This document shows positions 1 through 7,715 of a stretch of DNA of 25,996 bases, one piece after another. The position numbers and the translations under genes were made by a program. The first letter of the stretch is position 1; each line of letters begins with the position of its first letter. The notes under the pieces are model-generated. The model did not search any database, was not told where the DNA came from, and saw only the letters and a program-made list of their open reading frames with translations. Source of the stretch: a virus (taxonomy: Duplodnaviria > Caudoviricetes); IMG/VR virus record IMGVR_UViG_3300005805_000421, positions 1 to 25,996 of that record; one strand, given 5' to 3'.

Positions 1-1112
1 GCCCCCGTCGCCGCTGCCGAGATACCGCCAATCATCTGCGGGATACCAATCGGGTACGCACCGCGCCACGGCACAAACGGGAACTCAACGATCCACTGCA
101 TCTCCTCCATCGTCTCATCGCCATCACGCCAGTTGCGATAAATGGAGAGCACCTTACCGCTCGTCTTGTCCACCGAAATGATGTACGGCGCTAACCCGTA
201 CTCCTCTTCCAAATCGGTAATGGCGTAAATTTCAAAAATCGTCCGCAACCCGTCAACGTCATACGCGCCGTCGTCGCGACCCTCAATCTTGTTGTTGGCC
301 TTCTCCGACTTCGACACATCCGGGTCCGCCGTCGTCGGCGCTAAATCCGCATCCCGGTACATGCCCGAACGCACGCGCTGCAAATACTCAATTTCCGTCA
401 CGTACTGAACGTGCGTCTTGCGCTCGGACGAATAAAAGTTCGTTGCCGCATACGGCAAGTAAATATCGTCGATGCCAATGAAGAGCGGCACCGGGCGCTT
501 CTTGTTGGGGTCCCAACTGAGCTTCAAATACTGCGCACCACCCAACGGCACCTGAGTGAGCAACTGCTCCAACTCCGCCCGAAACTCCGGCATCTGCTGG
601 GTCATCTGCCAGTTCAAATACCGCGTCTTGCGCTGGGCTTTCGCCACCTTCTCCGCCGTTTCGTCGCCTATGATGCTGTCTTTGGCGGGTCCCTCGGCTG
701 GGAAAATTTCCTTAATAGCGCGGGCAGAGAAGTCCACGCAGACTTCAGTGAGCATGGGGTGCACAACCCGACTTGCGCCCTGAAATTGAGCGCCGCCCGG
801 TGCATCATCACCCAATCCGGTTCGGCGGATGCCTTCTTCGTACTGCTCATCCCGCTTCTTCCGCGCTTCCTTGTCCTTGGAAATCAGGTTCAGAAAGTCC
901 TGAGCCACCGCGTCCATGTCGCCTTCCGGCAACGACTCGGCTAAGTTCGCATAAAACTCGCTCTCCCCCAGCGGCTCCCCCTCATCTTCGCCAAAACGAA
1001 CAATCGCCCCACCGTCCTCGGTGTCCTCAACGTCCGCAACTTCCTCCGGAAGCTCAAACATCTCACCCAGATCTTCTTGGGCTTCGCTTATTTCGTTCGG
1101 CTCAGATGCCAT
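1..1112 (-). CDS. Portal protein (3' part runs off the window)
   Basis: Read manually, not in the ORF track. ATG at 1112 overlaps the terL stop; the frame is open to position 1: MASEPNEISEAQEDLGEMFELPEE...FYANLAESL...GASRVVHPMLTEVCVDFSARAIKEIFPAEGPAK...YLNWQMTQQMPEF...FPFVPWRGAYPIGIPQMIGG. Motifs and position right after terL fit a podovirus-type portal. Confidence 0.85.
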   Translation of the reverse strand, partial: MASEPNEISEAQEDLGEMFELPEEVADVEDTEDGGAIVRFGEDEGEPLGESEFYANLAESLPEGDMDAVAQDFLNLISKDKEARKKRDEQYEEGIRRTGLGDDAPGGAQFQGASRVVHPMLTEVCVDFSARAIKEIFPAEGPAKDSIIGDETAEKVAKAQRKTRYLNWQMTQQMPEFRAELEQLLTQVPLGGAQYLKLSWDPNKKRPVPLFIGIDDIYLPYAATNFYSSERKTHVQYVTEIEYLQRVRSGMYRDADLAPTTADPDVSKSEKANNKIEGRDDGAYDVDGLRTIFEIYAITDLEEEYGLAPYIISVDKTSGKVLSIYRNWRDGDETMEEMQWIVEFPFVPWRGAYPIGIPQMIGGISAAATG

Positions 1113-2973
1113 ACGGATTTCCCCTCGGGCGCTCGTTCACAATGAGCCTCGGCTGCAATGGCTTAGGCTTACTCACACTTATCATATCGCGGTCCGCTAG
1201 AAAACGTAAACCTTGCGTGCAAGCATCCATCAAATCGTCGTGCTTGATCGTCCCCTCACCCGAAAACGAGCAAAGTTGATACAAAAGCGGCTCTGCCCAC
1301 GAGCGAATCTGCCCTTTTCGCTTCTCCGACTCCACAAACCACACCATCCCGGCGGCAAAAAGGTGCGAAACCATGTGTAATCGGGTGAGTTTGGATGCTT
1401 TTCCGGGGTTATAAGCGTGCGCAATGATCCCCTCACGCGAAAGCATCTGCCGCAAGCTAATTCCGCTGCCCTTGTCCTCAATCACAATCGTATCGGGCTT
1501 GCGACCCGCGTTAATCATCCGCGATGGCCCAAACATCGGCTTAATCACCGGCTTTTGCTCATCGTCGCCGTAGTAAACCTCCATCTCACGCTTTACTTTT
1601 TTGATCAAATCCGGCATCCCCAGCCGATCTTCCCAACAATCAAGCAAAATAATGTTCGGTTTCTCGTTTTCGTGGAACAAACCCAGCACCACACACGCCG
1701 AAGGGTCCGAATCAGACGTTTTCTTATCCCGCGTGTGCTCCGTAAAGGCCGTGTCCAAGCTCATCACAATGTGCTCTAGCCTCGGCAACGGCTTTTTAGC
1801 CGGCCAAAGCTGCACTTGATTGCGCTTGATGATCCCCTGCTCTTCCGGGTTCAGGACTTCGGCGTAAATTTCCTGCCTTCCAAGCGTCGTGCCCTCAAAT
1901 TTGAGCAACTGCGCTTGAAAAGTCGGCGCTAGATTCGCAATGTTCTCGTAAGTGGAGGCTCTGGTAACGTGCACATCCGCCCCGTCGCGCTCCACAAGGT
2001 CCCTGATAAGGGCTTTAGGTTTAGGAGTAGTGGTGGCAACTATGCGTGGATGCTTGCCAAGCCGCAGCGCGAACATAATCATGTCCCACGCCTCCTGATC
2101 GTACTGCCACGCAGCCAGCTCGTCGCAGTTATGCACCACGACCCCACCGGCAACGTACTCGTTTACAACATCAACCGTCAGGTTATAAACCGCACCATAC
2201 GCTGGCGTCTTAATTATCTGCGTAATTCTTGTCCTGCCGTAAATGTAATGGGTTACTTCATCTCCTACTTTGGCTTCAGAGACCGGCTTGAATGCGCCAT
2301 TGATTAGCACAGGATGGTCAGCCGTTGCCGTTAGAGCACTTCCGATGCCGTAAGAAAGCGTTACCCAATCAGCCGGATTCTGGCTCAACCCCGCTGCCGT
2401 AACTTTATGCGGCCCAAATCGCGTTTGAACAACATCGCTTACTTGGATCTGCTCAATGGGCTTTTCACTGCCGTCCGCCATCAATACCGGGGTCCCAGCA
2501 GGGTGGCACCACGCGCCATGCCACTGCCCACCACGTAGCCGGTCGGGCGTCTCCGCACTAATGCCTTTGATAAGACTGCCGTTCTTGAGAATGATTTCCG
2601 AGAGCGAACGGTTGTATTCCGATACTAATTGCTCAGGTATGACCTGAATCAAACCGGAATCCCCCTCAAAACACGTATCACGAATGTCCGCAGACGTTGG
2701 CGCACACACCAACCAGCGCGTTTCCGGCGCTTTGTATGCCTGCCACCATACCCACTCCGCTGCCGCACGAGTCTTCCCCGCACCACGACCGGCCAACATT
2801 AGCCACACCGTCCAATCGCCTTTTGGCGGCTTCTGGTGCTTATGACGCTTGCTTGCCCACTCCAGCCTGCTTTTGTAAGCCAGCAAATCTTCTGTTGGGA
2901 GCTTGTTTAGCTCCTTAATCAGCGGGTCGTTAAGATCCAGCGGCGGCGGGGTCCCTTGAGCGGGAGCAGGCAT
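1102..2973 (-). CDS. terL: Terminase large subunit, intein-containing (623 aa precursor, 496 aa after splicing)
   Basis: Walker A AGRGAGKT; Walker B GAW/CDE split by the intein; ATTTPK coupling motif; nuclease acidic motifs SLDTAF, IEDKGSG and HDDLMDA. Confidence 0.95.
   Translation of the reverse strand: MPAPAQGTPPPLDLNDPLIKELNKLPTEDLLAYKSRLEWASKRHKHQKPPKGDWTVWLMLAGRGAGKTRAAAEWVWWQAYKAPETRWLVCAPTSADIRDTCFEGDSGLIQVIPEQLVSEYNRSLSEIILKNGSLIKGISAETPDRLRGGQWHGAWCHPAGTPVLMADGSEKPIEQIQVSDVVQTRFGPHKVTAAGLSQNPADWVTLSYGIGSALTATADHPVLINGAFKPVSEAKVGDEVTHYIYGRTRITQIIKTPAYGAVYNLTVDVVNEYVAGGVVVHNCDELAAWQYDQEAWDMIMFALRLGKHPRIVATTTPKPKALIRDLVERDGADVHVTRASTYENIANLAPTFQAQLLKFEGTTLGRQEIYAEVLNPEEQGIIKRNQVQLWPAKKPLPRLEHIVMSLDTAFTEHTRDKKTSDSDPSACVVLGLFHENEKPNIILLDCWEDRLGMPDLIKKVKREMEVYYGDDEQKPVIKPMFGPSRMINAGRKPDTIVIEDKGSGISLRQMLSREGIIAHAYNPGKASKLTRLHMVSHLFAAGMVWFVESEKRKGQIRSWAEPLLYQLCSFSGEGTIKHDDLMDACTQGLRFLADRDMISVSKPKPLQPRLIVNERPRGNPYGI
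2128..2508 (-). mobile_element. Mini-intein (HINT only, 127 aa, no homing endonuclease) in terL
   Basis: Begins CHPAGTPVLMADGSEKPIEQI (block A), has TATADHPV (block B TxxH) and VYNLTVD (block F), and ends VVVHN followed by +1 Cys. Removing it restores GAWCDE. Confidence 0.93.
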
Positions 2974-2976
2974 AAA

Positions 2977-3126
2977 TTAACGCTTTTTGGCGGTCTTTGC
3001 TGACTCGCGGAACGCTTTGGCCGTCGGTGCTCCGGGGGACCCTACCTTGCGCATCTTCTCGGGGGACCCTGCTTTGATCCGCTCGCGCTTGGCGTGAATG
3101 TTTGCGTATAAACCTTGCTTTGCCAT
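2977..3126 (-). CDS. Small basic protein (49 aa), MAKQGLYANIHAKRERIKAGSPEKMRKVGSPGAPTAKAFRESAKTAKKR
   Basis: Read manually. GGAGAG SD upstream; stops 3 nt before the terL ATG. Resembles small K/R-rich proteins often seen beside terL in aquatic phages. Confidence 0.75.
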   Translation of the reverse strand: MAKQGLYANIHAKRERIKAGSPEKMRKVGSPGAPTAKAFRESAKTAKKR

Positions 3127-3293
3127 ACATCTCTCCATGTGAAAACCATCGGTATGCAGGATTATCCTGCCGGGAGGCCGCGATCCACAACATCCGTGTG
3201 GCCTGTGTGCTGGGGCGGGCGTTGCCTTATTGATGCAGGGGCGTCCCCCTTTCAGCTTCCTCCCAGTCGCTGCGGGCGCATCCCGCCAGATAC

Positions 3294-3384
3294 CAGATGG
3301 GACCCTAGCATATTTTCAGCACAAGGGGGTAGTGCTCTTGTTTTTGCAACTGTGCTTTGAAGGTGGATTAGGCAGATGGGACCC
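3294..3384. repeat. 12-bp direct repeat CAGATGGGACCC (3294-3305, 3373-3384)
   Basis: Two exact copies 79 bp apart in non-coding DNA; part of a local cluster of GGGWCCC. Confidence 0.8.
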
Positions 3385-3428
3385 GTTGCCCCGCCGTCGT
3401 TTTTGCGCTCTCCCCCACTAGCCTACCT

Positions 3429-3488
3429 GCTATTGATTCTCATTTGCGCCTGTTAGGGAGTCTCTAGCGTGTTTGCGAATCATTCGCG
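3429..3488. promoter_or_regulatory. Two Fur-box-like sites
   Basis: 3429-3447 (minus strand GCAAATGAGAATCAATAGC) matches GATAATGATAATCATTATC at 14/19. 3474-3488 TGCGAAT-C-ATTCGCG is a near-perfect 7-1-7 inverted repeat. Confidence 0.4.
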
Positions 3489-3505
3489 CATTGCATCCCG
3501 ACACC

Positions 3506-3598
3506 ATTCCCCGCACATATTCCCCGCAACGATCTGCAACATTCTTGCCGTAACAATCCGCAACGAAATGCTACTGAACTATTTTTTACGTCTGCAAC
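3506..3598 (+). repeat. Short repeat cluster: ATTCCCCGCA x2 and GCAAC/GTAAC x5
   Basis: ATTCCCCGCA at 3506 and 3519; GCAAC at 3526, 3536, 3560, 3594; GTAAC at 3550. Confidence 0.6.
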
Positions 3599-3611
3599 AA
3601 AATACTATCAC

Positions 3612-3626
3612 AGCACTAGCGGCTTG
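3612..3626 (+). promoter_or_regulatory. Putative operator AGCACTAGCGGCTTG upstream of ardC
   Basis: 14/15 identical to AGCACAAGCGGCTTG at 6005-6019; followed by TATTAT/TATAGT -10-like hexamers. Confidence 0.55.
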
Positions 3627-3671
3627 CGCCTATTATAGTCGCGTCCGATAACTAACTAGGAAATAGCACAC

Positions 3672-4571
3672 ATGGCAACATTCGATCTGTACCAATCAGT
3701 CACCGATAAAGTCATCCAACAAATGGAATCGTCCGGCAAGAATTGGACTAACCCCTTCAATAAAAAACGCAACGCGCTACGTCCTTACAACGCAACAACG
3801 GCTCGCAACTATCGTGGCATCAATAGTCTTCTCTTAAATTTCACGCCGTTCGAGTCATCCGCATTTGCTTCTTTCAAGCAATGGCAAGCCGCCGGATGTT
3901 CAGTTAAGAAAGGGGAAAAGAGCAGCATCGTTGTCTTTTTTACTAAACTTGAAAAAGAGGACAAGCAAACGGGGAAGAAGTCTGTTTTTCCCATGCTCAA
4001 ATACTTCAATGTATTTAATGCCGATCAAGTCGACGGGCCATTGGCAGAAAGATGCCGAAGCATTGTTGCAGACGACAACAAGAACGAAGTCGAGACTATT
4101 GAGCGTGTCGAAGCATGGGCCAAAAATACTAGCGCGAATATCCGGCACTCCATGGAGCCGCGAGCCTGTTACTCGCCTATGCTTGACGTTATCAAGATGC
4201 CGGAAAAGCAATTATTCACGGCAACGGCGACCAGTAGCGCGACGGAATGTTACTACTCCACATTGGCCCATGAGTTAGTCCATTGGACAGGCCATGAGTC
4301 ACGATTAGACCGAAAACTTTTGAACGGCTTTGGAACCCATGCCTATGCTTTCGAGGAATTGGTCGCAGAATTGGGCGCGGCTTTTTGCTGCGCTAGTTTA
4401 GGGATATCTAACGAACCGCGAGTTGACCATGCTCAATATCTCAATAACTGGCTAGCGGTACTCAAGCAAGACAAGAAAGCAATTTTCAAAGCCGCGAGCC
4501 TTGCGCGTGAAGCCGCCGAACTGCTCACGGGCAAGCAAGAAGCCGCCGAAGAAGCCGCCGAAGCCGCCTAA
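3672..4571 (+). CDS. ardC: ArdC-family antirestriction protein (ssDNA-binding N-domain + zincin-like metallopeptidase C-domain)
   Basis: YQSVTDKVIQQME, PYNATTARNYRGIN, SFKQW..G..VKKGEK, YFNVFNADQV; HELVHWTGH (HExxH) and YAFEELVAE. CTAGGA SD. Confidence 0.92.
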   Translation: MATFDLYQSVTDKVIQQMESSGKNWTNPFNKKRNALRPYNATTARNYRGINSLLLNFTPFESSAFASFKQWQAAGCSVKKGEKSSIVVFFTKLEKEDKQTGKKSVFPMLKYFNVFNADQVDGPLAERCRSIVADDNKNEVETIERVEAWAKNTSANIRHSMEPRACYSPMLDVIKMPEKQLFTATATSSATECYYSTLAHELVHWTGHESRLDRKLLNGFGTHAYAFEELVAELGAAFCCASLGISNEPRVDHAQYLNNWLAVLKQDKKAIFKAASLAREAAELLTGKQEAAEEAAEAA

Positions 4572-4596
4572 GCCGCGCCACAATTCGAGACTATAT

Positions 4597-4626
4597 AGGG
4601 GGGGGGATTGTCTCCCCCTTTTTTTT
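4597..4626 (+). terminator. Rho-independent terminator of ardC, between convergent ardC and terS
   Basis: AGGGGGGGGGA-TTG-TCTCCCCCT stem followed by a T run. Confidence 0.8.
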
Positions 4627-4630
4627 GCGC

Positions 4631-5173
4631 TCAGTCTAGCGGCTCTGCTTCCCCGTCTATCGTGATCCCCCTGCTTAATAGTCCGTTGACTGTTTGCAGG
4701 ATTTCGGTACGTTGCGCGATCTCGATAGGGCCGCCGTCTTTGCCGGTTAGTTCGAGCGCATTACGTTCCGTAAACTTACCGGCTCCCCGTGTCTTAAGCA
4801 GGAAGATAGCAGCCGTGTCTGATCCCCCCTTCGCACGTTGGGCGAGACTTTGGGCTATGTCGTTCACCATGCTTGCTTGTCCCGTGTCGAGTTCATGCTT
4901 GTAATGAGTGTGAAGCGTGTCGAGCGATACCTTGAGGACACGGGCGATAGTCTCTTGTGGCATCCCTGCGAACACCATCTGAGCGACTGTCTGGGCAACT
5001 GAGGCATCTGGGTGCTGCCTATTGTCTGGTCTTTTATGGATTACTGACCTAGTGTTCTGCTCCACTACAACACCATCCTGGCCCGCTAGGGCGTTCTGAG
5101 CGGCTTTCTCGACTACCCCGCTACCTACCCCGCGCCCCTGCTTGTTCGTTGCCTCTGGCGGCTTCTCTGTCAC
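4631..5173 (-). CDS. terS: Terminase small subunit (probable)
   Basis: HTH GMPQETIARVLKVSLDTLHTHYKHEL, oligomerisation helix GSDTAAIFLLKTRG and C-terminal ELTGKDGGPI typical of TerS. Same strand as terL; TAGGAG SD. Confidence 0.8.
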   Translation of the reverse strand: MTEKPPEATNKQGRGVGSGVVEKAAQNALAGQDGVVVEQNTRSVIHKRPDNRQHPDASVAQTVAQMVFAGMPQETIARVLKVSLDTLHTHYKHELDTGQASMVNDIAQSLAQRAKGGSDTAAIFLLKTRGAGKFTERNALELTGKDGGPIEIAQRTEILQTVNGLLSRGITIDGEAEPLD

Positions 5174-5232
5174 GTTTACGCGCTCCTATGGTTAGCCCGT
5201 TGCCCAAGCAAAGTATATAGGCCTATTCGATG

Positions 5233-5245
5233 CCTAAGCAAGCCG
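5233..5245. promoter_or_regulatory. CCTAAGCAAGCCG motif (exact copy at 10123-10135)
   Basis: 13-bp exact repeat in two intergenic regions; contains the CAAGCCG half of the 6007 palindrome. Confidence 0.5.
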
Positions 5246-5260
5246 ATTTCATCACATTTA

Positions 5261-5546
5261 TGAACTAATTGAACTAATTATCGCGCAACAAAATTGCCTC
5301 ACTCGTAAGTCGTTGATCCATAAGGGTGTAAGTAGAGATATATATTTTCTTCTTTTTTTTATTTCTTTACTTACTCCCTTTCTTTCTCTCTCCCCCCCCC
5401 TGCGCCGCCCTCTTTTGTCTGTTTGCCTCTGTCATAAAAATTGAAAGAATTAAATGCAAATTGCTTGTAAAAAACAAAAACAACCTTTGTGGATCAACGA
5501 CTTATAGACGAATAATTTTTTCTTAACGAGCATATTTTTTTCTTAA
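5261..5546. other. AT-rich non-coding region with a 15-bp inverted repeat, tandem repeats and a polypyrimidine tract; candidate origin or packaging region
   Basis: TAAGTCGTTGATCCA 5306-5320 pairs with TGGATCAACGACTTA 5490-5504 (IHF-like gATCAAnnnnTTA). TGAACTAAT x2 at 5261-5278; TTTTTTCTTAA x2 at ~5516 and ~5536; pyrimidine tract ~5345-5400. Confidence 0.55.
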
Positions 5547-5676
5547 AAGTACGAACTATTAACCATATACATATTCATTAAGGCACAATGGCAACCGTGA
5601 TATGCTTCACCCCGTCATACTTACTAATATGACAATGTCACGTTTCACCCTAGTCACTACTATTGGAGTCTAAATC

Positions 5677-5988
5677 ATGGCGAATGTGTCCCTATATATC
5701 GAAGCATTGGCGACGTTCTCCGATCCTGTATCGGTTAAAGAGGTGCATACCAAGGCTGCGGAACTATTCGGAGCGGCGGTCAAGGGCGACGTTTCATCTG
5801 CCCGTCAATCGTTAGAGCGGTATGTCCTGCGCGGCAAAGTAGAAAAGCATGGGACGAAATACCGAATCGGTATGGCGTTCGTTGATCCACTAGGCGCGGC
5901 ATTGGCACAAAACAAAGCCCTGCGAATTGAGAATGAACAATTACGGCAACGGATAGCGGAACTGGAATCAAACATTACAAAAACTTAA
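5677..5988 (+). CDS. Hypothetical protein, possible winged-helix + coiled coil
   Basis: GGAG SD; helical N-part, then VEKHGTKYRI wing-like hairpin and a heptad-rich C-terminus. Confidence 0.7.
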   Translation: MANVSLYIEALATFSDPVSVKEVHTKAAELFGAAVKGDVSSARQSLERYVLRGKVEKHGTKYRIGMAFVDPLGAALAQNKALRIENEQLRQRIAELESNITKT

Positions 5989-5999
5989 TGTTGGGACTG

Positions 6000-6054
6000 T
6001 TGCAAGCACAAGCGGCTTGTGTAACTATCCAATGGCGGGGACTGCTAACCCGCC
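6000..6054 (+). promoter_or_regulatory. Early promoter region with palindromic operator CACAAGC-G-GCTTGTG (6007-6021) and a 5' hairpin
   Basis: TTGCAA at 6000-6005, perfect 7-1-7 palindrome in the spacer, weak -10 (TAACTA), GGCGGG/CCCGCC stem 6034-6054. Confidence 0.55.
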
Positions 6055-6087
6055 GAACTACAGAAAGCACAACTAGGAGTAGCACAA

Positions 6088-6321
6088 GTGTTAACCACCG
6101 ATTTCACAGGAACATACGATTACGAAAAAGAAGAAGCCTTGCATGAGGCCAACTATTTACTCGAGTGCTTACAAGAAAACTATTTTACGGCTGATGAGTT
6201 GCCTGAGCGCATCGAACGTACTCGCAACCATTGGCGCAAAGCATTGAATGATTCAGAGTCTTTTTCCGCATGGGACGGATACTTTTTGGCCGCGATTGAG
6301 GTGCTAGGGGTGCGTCCATGA
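6088..6321 (+). CDS. Hypothetical acidic early protein
   Basis: AACTAGGAG SD, GTG start, ATGA overlap with the next gene. Confidence 0.75.
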   Translation: MLTTDFTGTYDYEKEEALHEANYLLECLQENYFTADELPERIERTRNHWRKALNDSESFSAWDGYFLAAIEVLGVRP

Positions 6322-6524
6322 ACATCAACCAAGACGAACTGGCACTCGCAATAGAGGCCATTGAACTGCGGATGACCAAGTTACACGCCGCCGAAAAGAT
6401 GCACCGGCACGACGGCGGAACGTATGCACTCAAACTGGCCGATCAATACCAAGCCGACCGGCAACGACTGACGGACTTGCACGCCAAGATGACGGCTTAC
6501 CGATTCAATGTGGAGGCCGCATGA
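6318..6524 (+). CDS. Hypothetical protein
   Basis: ATGA-coupled on both sides; ends VEAA. Confidence 0.75.
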   Translation: MNINQDELALAIEAIELRMTKLHAAEKMHRHDGGTYALKLADQYQADRQRLTDLHAKMTAYRFNVEAA

Positions 6525-6859
6525 ACAAGCACACTCCCGCCCCGTGGCACGTTGGCGAAGGCAACGGCGAAGGCAGCATATTTTCTGGCAACGGGCGCAC
6601 CCGATTGGAGCGCGGCGGCACAACGCTTTACCCTGTTTGTTCAGTCACTCACGGATGGAACGCCGACGAGGATGCGGCTAACGCACGGCTCATTAGTGCC
6701 GCCCCCGAACTGTTGGCCTGTTTGCTTGACGTACTGAATGCAGACGGCGACTTATACGCGATGGACTTTGACCGCTATCGTGAAGTGATCTCGAAGGCAA
6801 CGGGCGAACCCGAAGAAGTGGACACTTATCACGAGTGGGACTGTCGGGGGGATGTATGA
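6521..6859 (+). CDS. Conserved phage hypothetical protein (HTPxPW...ANARLIxAAPELL family)
   Basis: MNKHTPAPW and DAANARLISAAPELL motifs are widespread in phage early regions. Confidence 0.85.
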   Translation: MNKHTPAPWHVGEGNGEGSIFSGNGRTRLERGGTTLYPVCSVTHGWNADEDAANARLISAAPELLACLLDVLNADGDLYAMDFDRYREVISKATGEPEEVDTYHEWDCRGDV

Positions 6860-7038
6860 ATCTGCAACGACTCAAACAGTATTCAACGCCCCCGTGGAAA
6901 ATTCTCTGTACTCGCTGCAATAAGTGGGAAACGGAGAGCCAATGTTACGCCGACTTAGATGGTGAGCCGTTTAAGGCTTTCTATTGTGAGAAGTGCGGCG
7001 ACGAGTTGAAAAAGACAAACGATCAAACGAACAACTAG
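6856..7038 (+). CDS. Small Zn-finger protein (60 aa)
   Basis: Start moved to ATG 6856 (ATGA overlap); CTRC...CEKC. Confidence 0.7.
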   Translation: MNLQRLKQYSTPPWKILCTRCNKWETESQCYADLDGEPFKAFYCEKCGDELKKTNDQTNN

Positions 7039-7049
7039 GAGATACGACA

Positions 7050-7520
7050 ATGCCAAATTACTGCCAAAACAAAGCGACGTTTACCCATCCCGACTTGGAC
7101 AAGATACGGGAATTGCGAAATGAATTTTTGAAGATACAAAACGGCGACGAGCAAAAGCAAAAGGGGAGGCCGTTGGATTACTTGCGCCCGACCCCGCCCG
7201 AATTGCTTGAGGGTGAGGGGTGGTATGACTGGCGGTGTGCTAACTGGGGAACCAAGTGGGATGCCATGACCGCATGGGGCATCGAACTTGACGAAGACGA
7301 CAAGACGCTAACCGTTTGCTTTCATACCGCATGGTCGCCGCCGATTGCGCTATATCAATACTTGCACGAAGAAACAGAGTGGCGCGTGGAAGCCGTGTAT
7401 TTCGAGGCCGGTATGGGGTTCTGCGGCGGCTTTGACGAGGAGAACGGCGACGACTGCGAATCTGACTTGCAGGGATGGAAATACAAACTGATTAGCGCGC
7501 AATTCGACTGCGCCATTTAG
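7050..7520 (+). CDS. DUF1281/YubB-like ferredoxin-fold protein (156 aa)
   Basis: Start moved to ATG 7050 (CTAGGAG SD). MPNYCQN, WYDWRCANWGTKWD, FHTAWSPP, YFEAGMGFCG. Confidence 0.82.
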   Translation: MPNYCQNKATFTHPDLDKIRELRNEFLKIQNGDEQKQKGRPLDYLRPTPPELLEGEGWYDWRCANWGTKWDAMTAWGIELDEDDKTLTVCFHTAWSPPIALYQYLHEETEWRVEAVYFEAGMGFCGGFDEENGDDCESDLQGWKYKLISAQFDCAI

Positions 7521-7527
7521 GTGCGCC

Positions 7528-7713
7528 ATGTACCAATGCAACGAATGTAAAGAGACGTTCGATGAGCCGCAATACATTCACGATAGGGAAGTGATTGACT
7601 ACGGCATTGGGAACCGATGGATAACGATATTTGAAGGAAACGTATGCCCGTATTGCGAGGGCAGCGAATTTGAGTTGACTGACGAAACACAAACCAACAA
7701 ACAGGAAACCTAA
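7528..7713 (+). CDS. Small Zn-ribbon protein
   Basis: YQCNECKETFDEP...CPYCEGSEF. Confidence 0.75.
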   Translation: MYQCNECKETFDEPQYIHDREVIDYGIGNRWITIFEGNVCPYCEGSEFELTDETQTNKQET

Positions 7714-7715
7714 CA

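Noticed and set aside
411-1819. Plus-strand ORFs 411-944, 556-783, 773-1279, 1417-1779, 1601-1819
   Set aside because: Antisense shadows of portal and terL; no SD or recognisable motifs.
2128-2508. Homing endonuclease or Hedgehog/BIL-type domain
   Set aside because: Too short, with no LAGLIDADG or HNH motif; canonical C...HN/C ends inside a conserved host motif indicate a true mini-intein.
3127-3430. Self-splicing intron, tRNA or riboswitch in the GC-rich leader upstream of terL
   Set aside because: Short hairpins exist, but I could not identify a cloverleaf, group I P7 or group II domain V. An Infernal/Rfam scan would be needed.
4598-5400. G9 (4598-4606) and C-run (~5392-5400) as phase-variation tracts
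   Set aside because: Both are non-coding; the G run is a terminator arm and the C run is part of the pyrimidine tract. No evidence of length variation.
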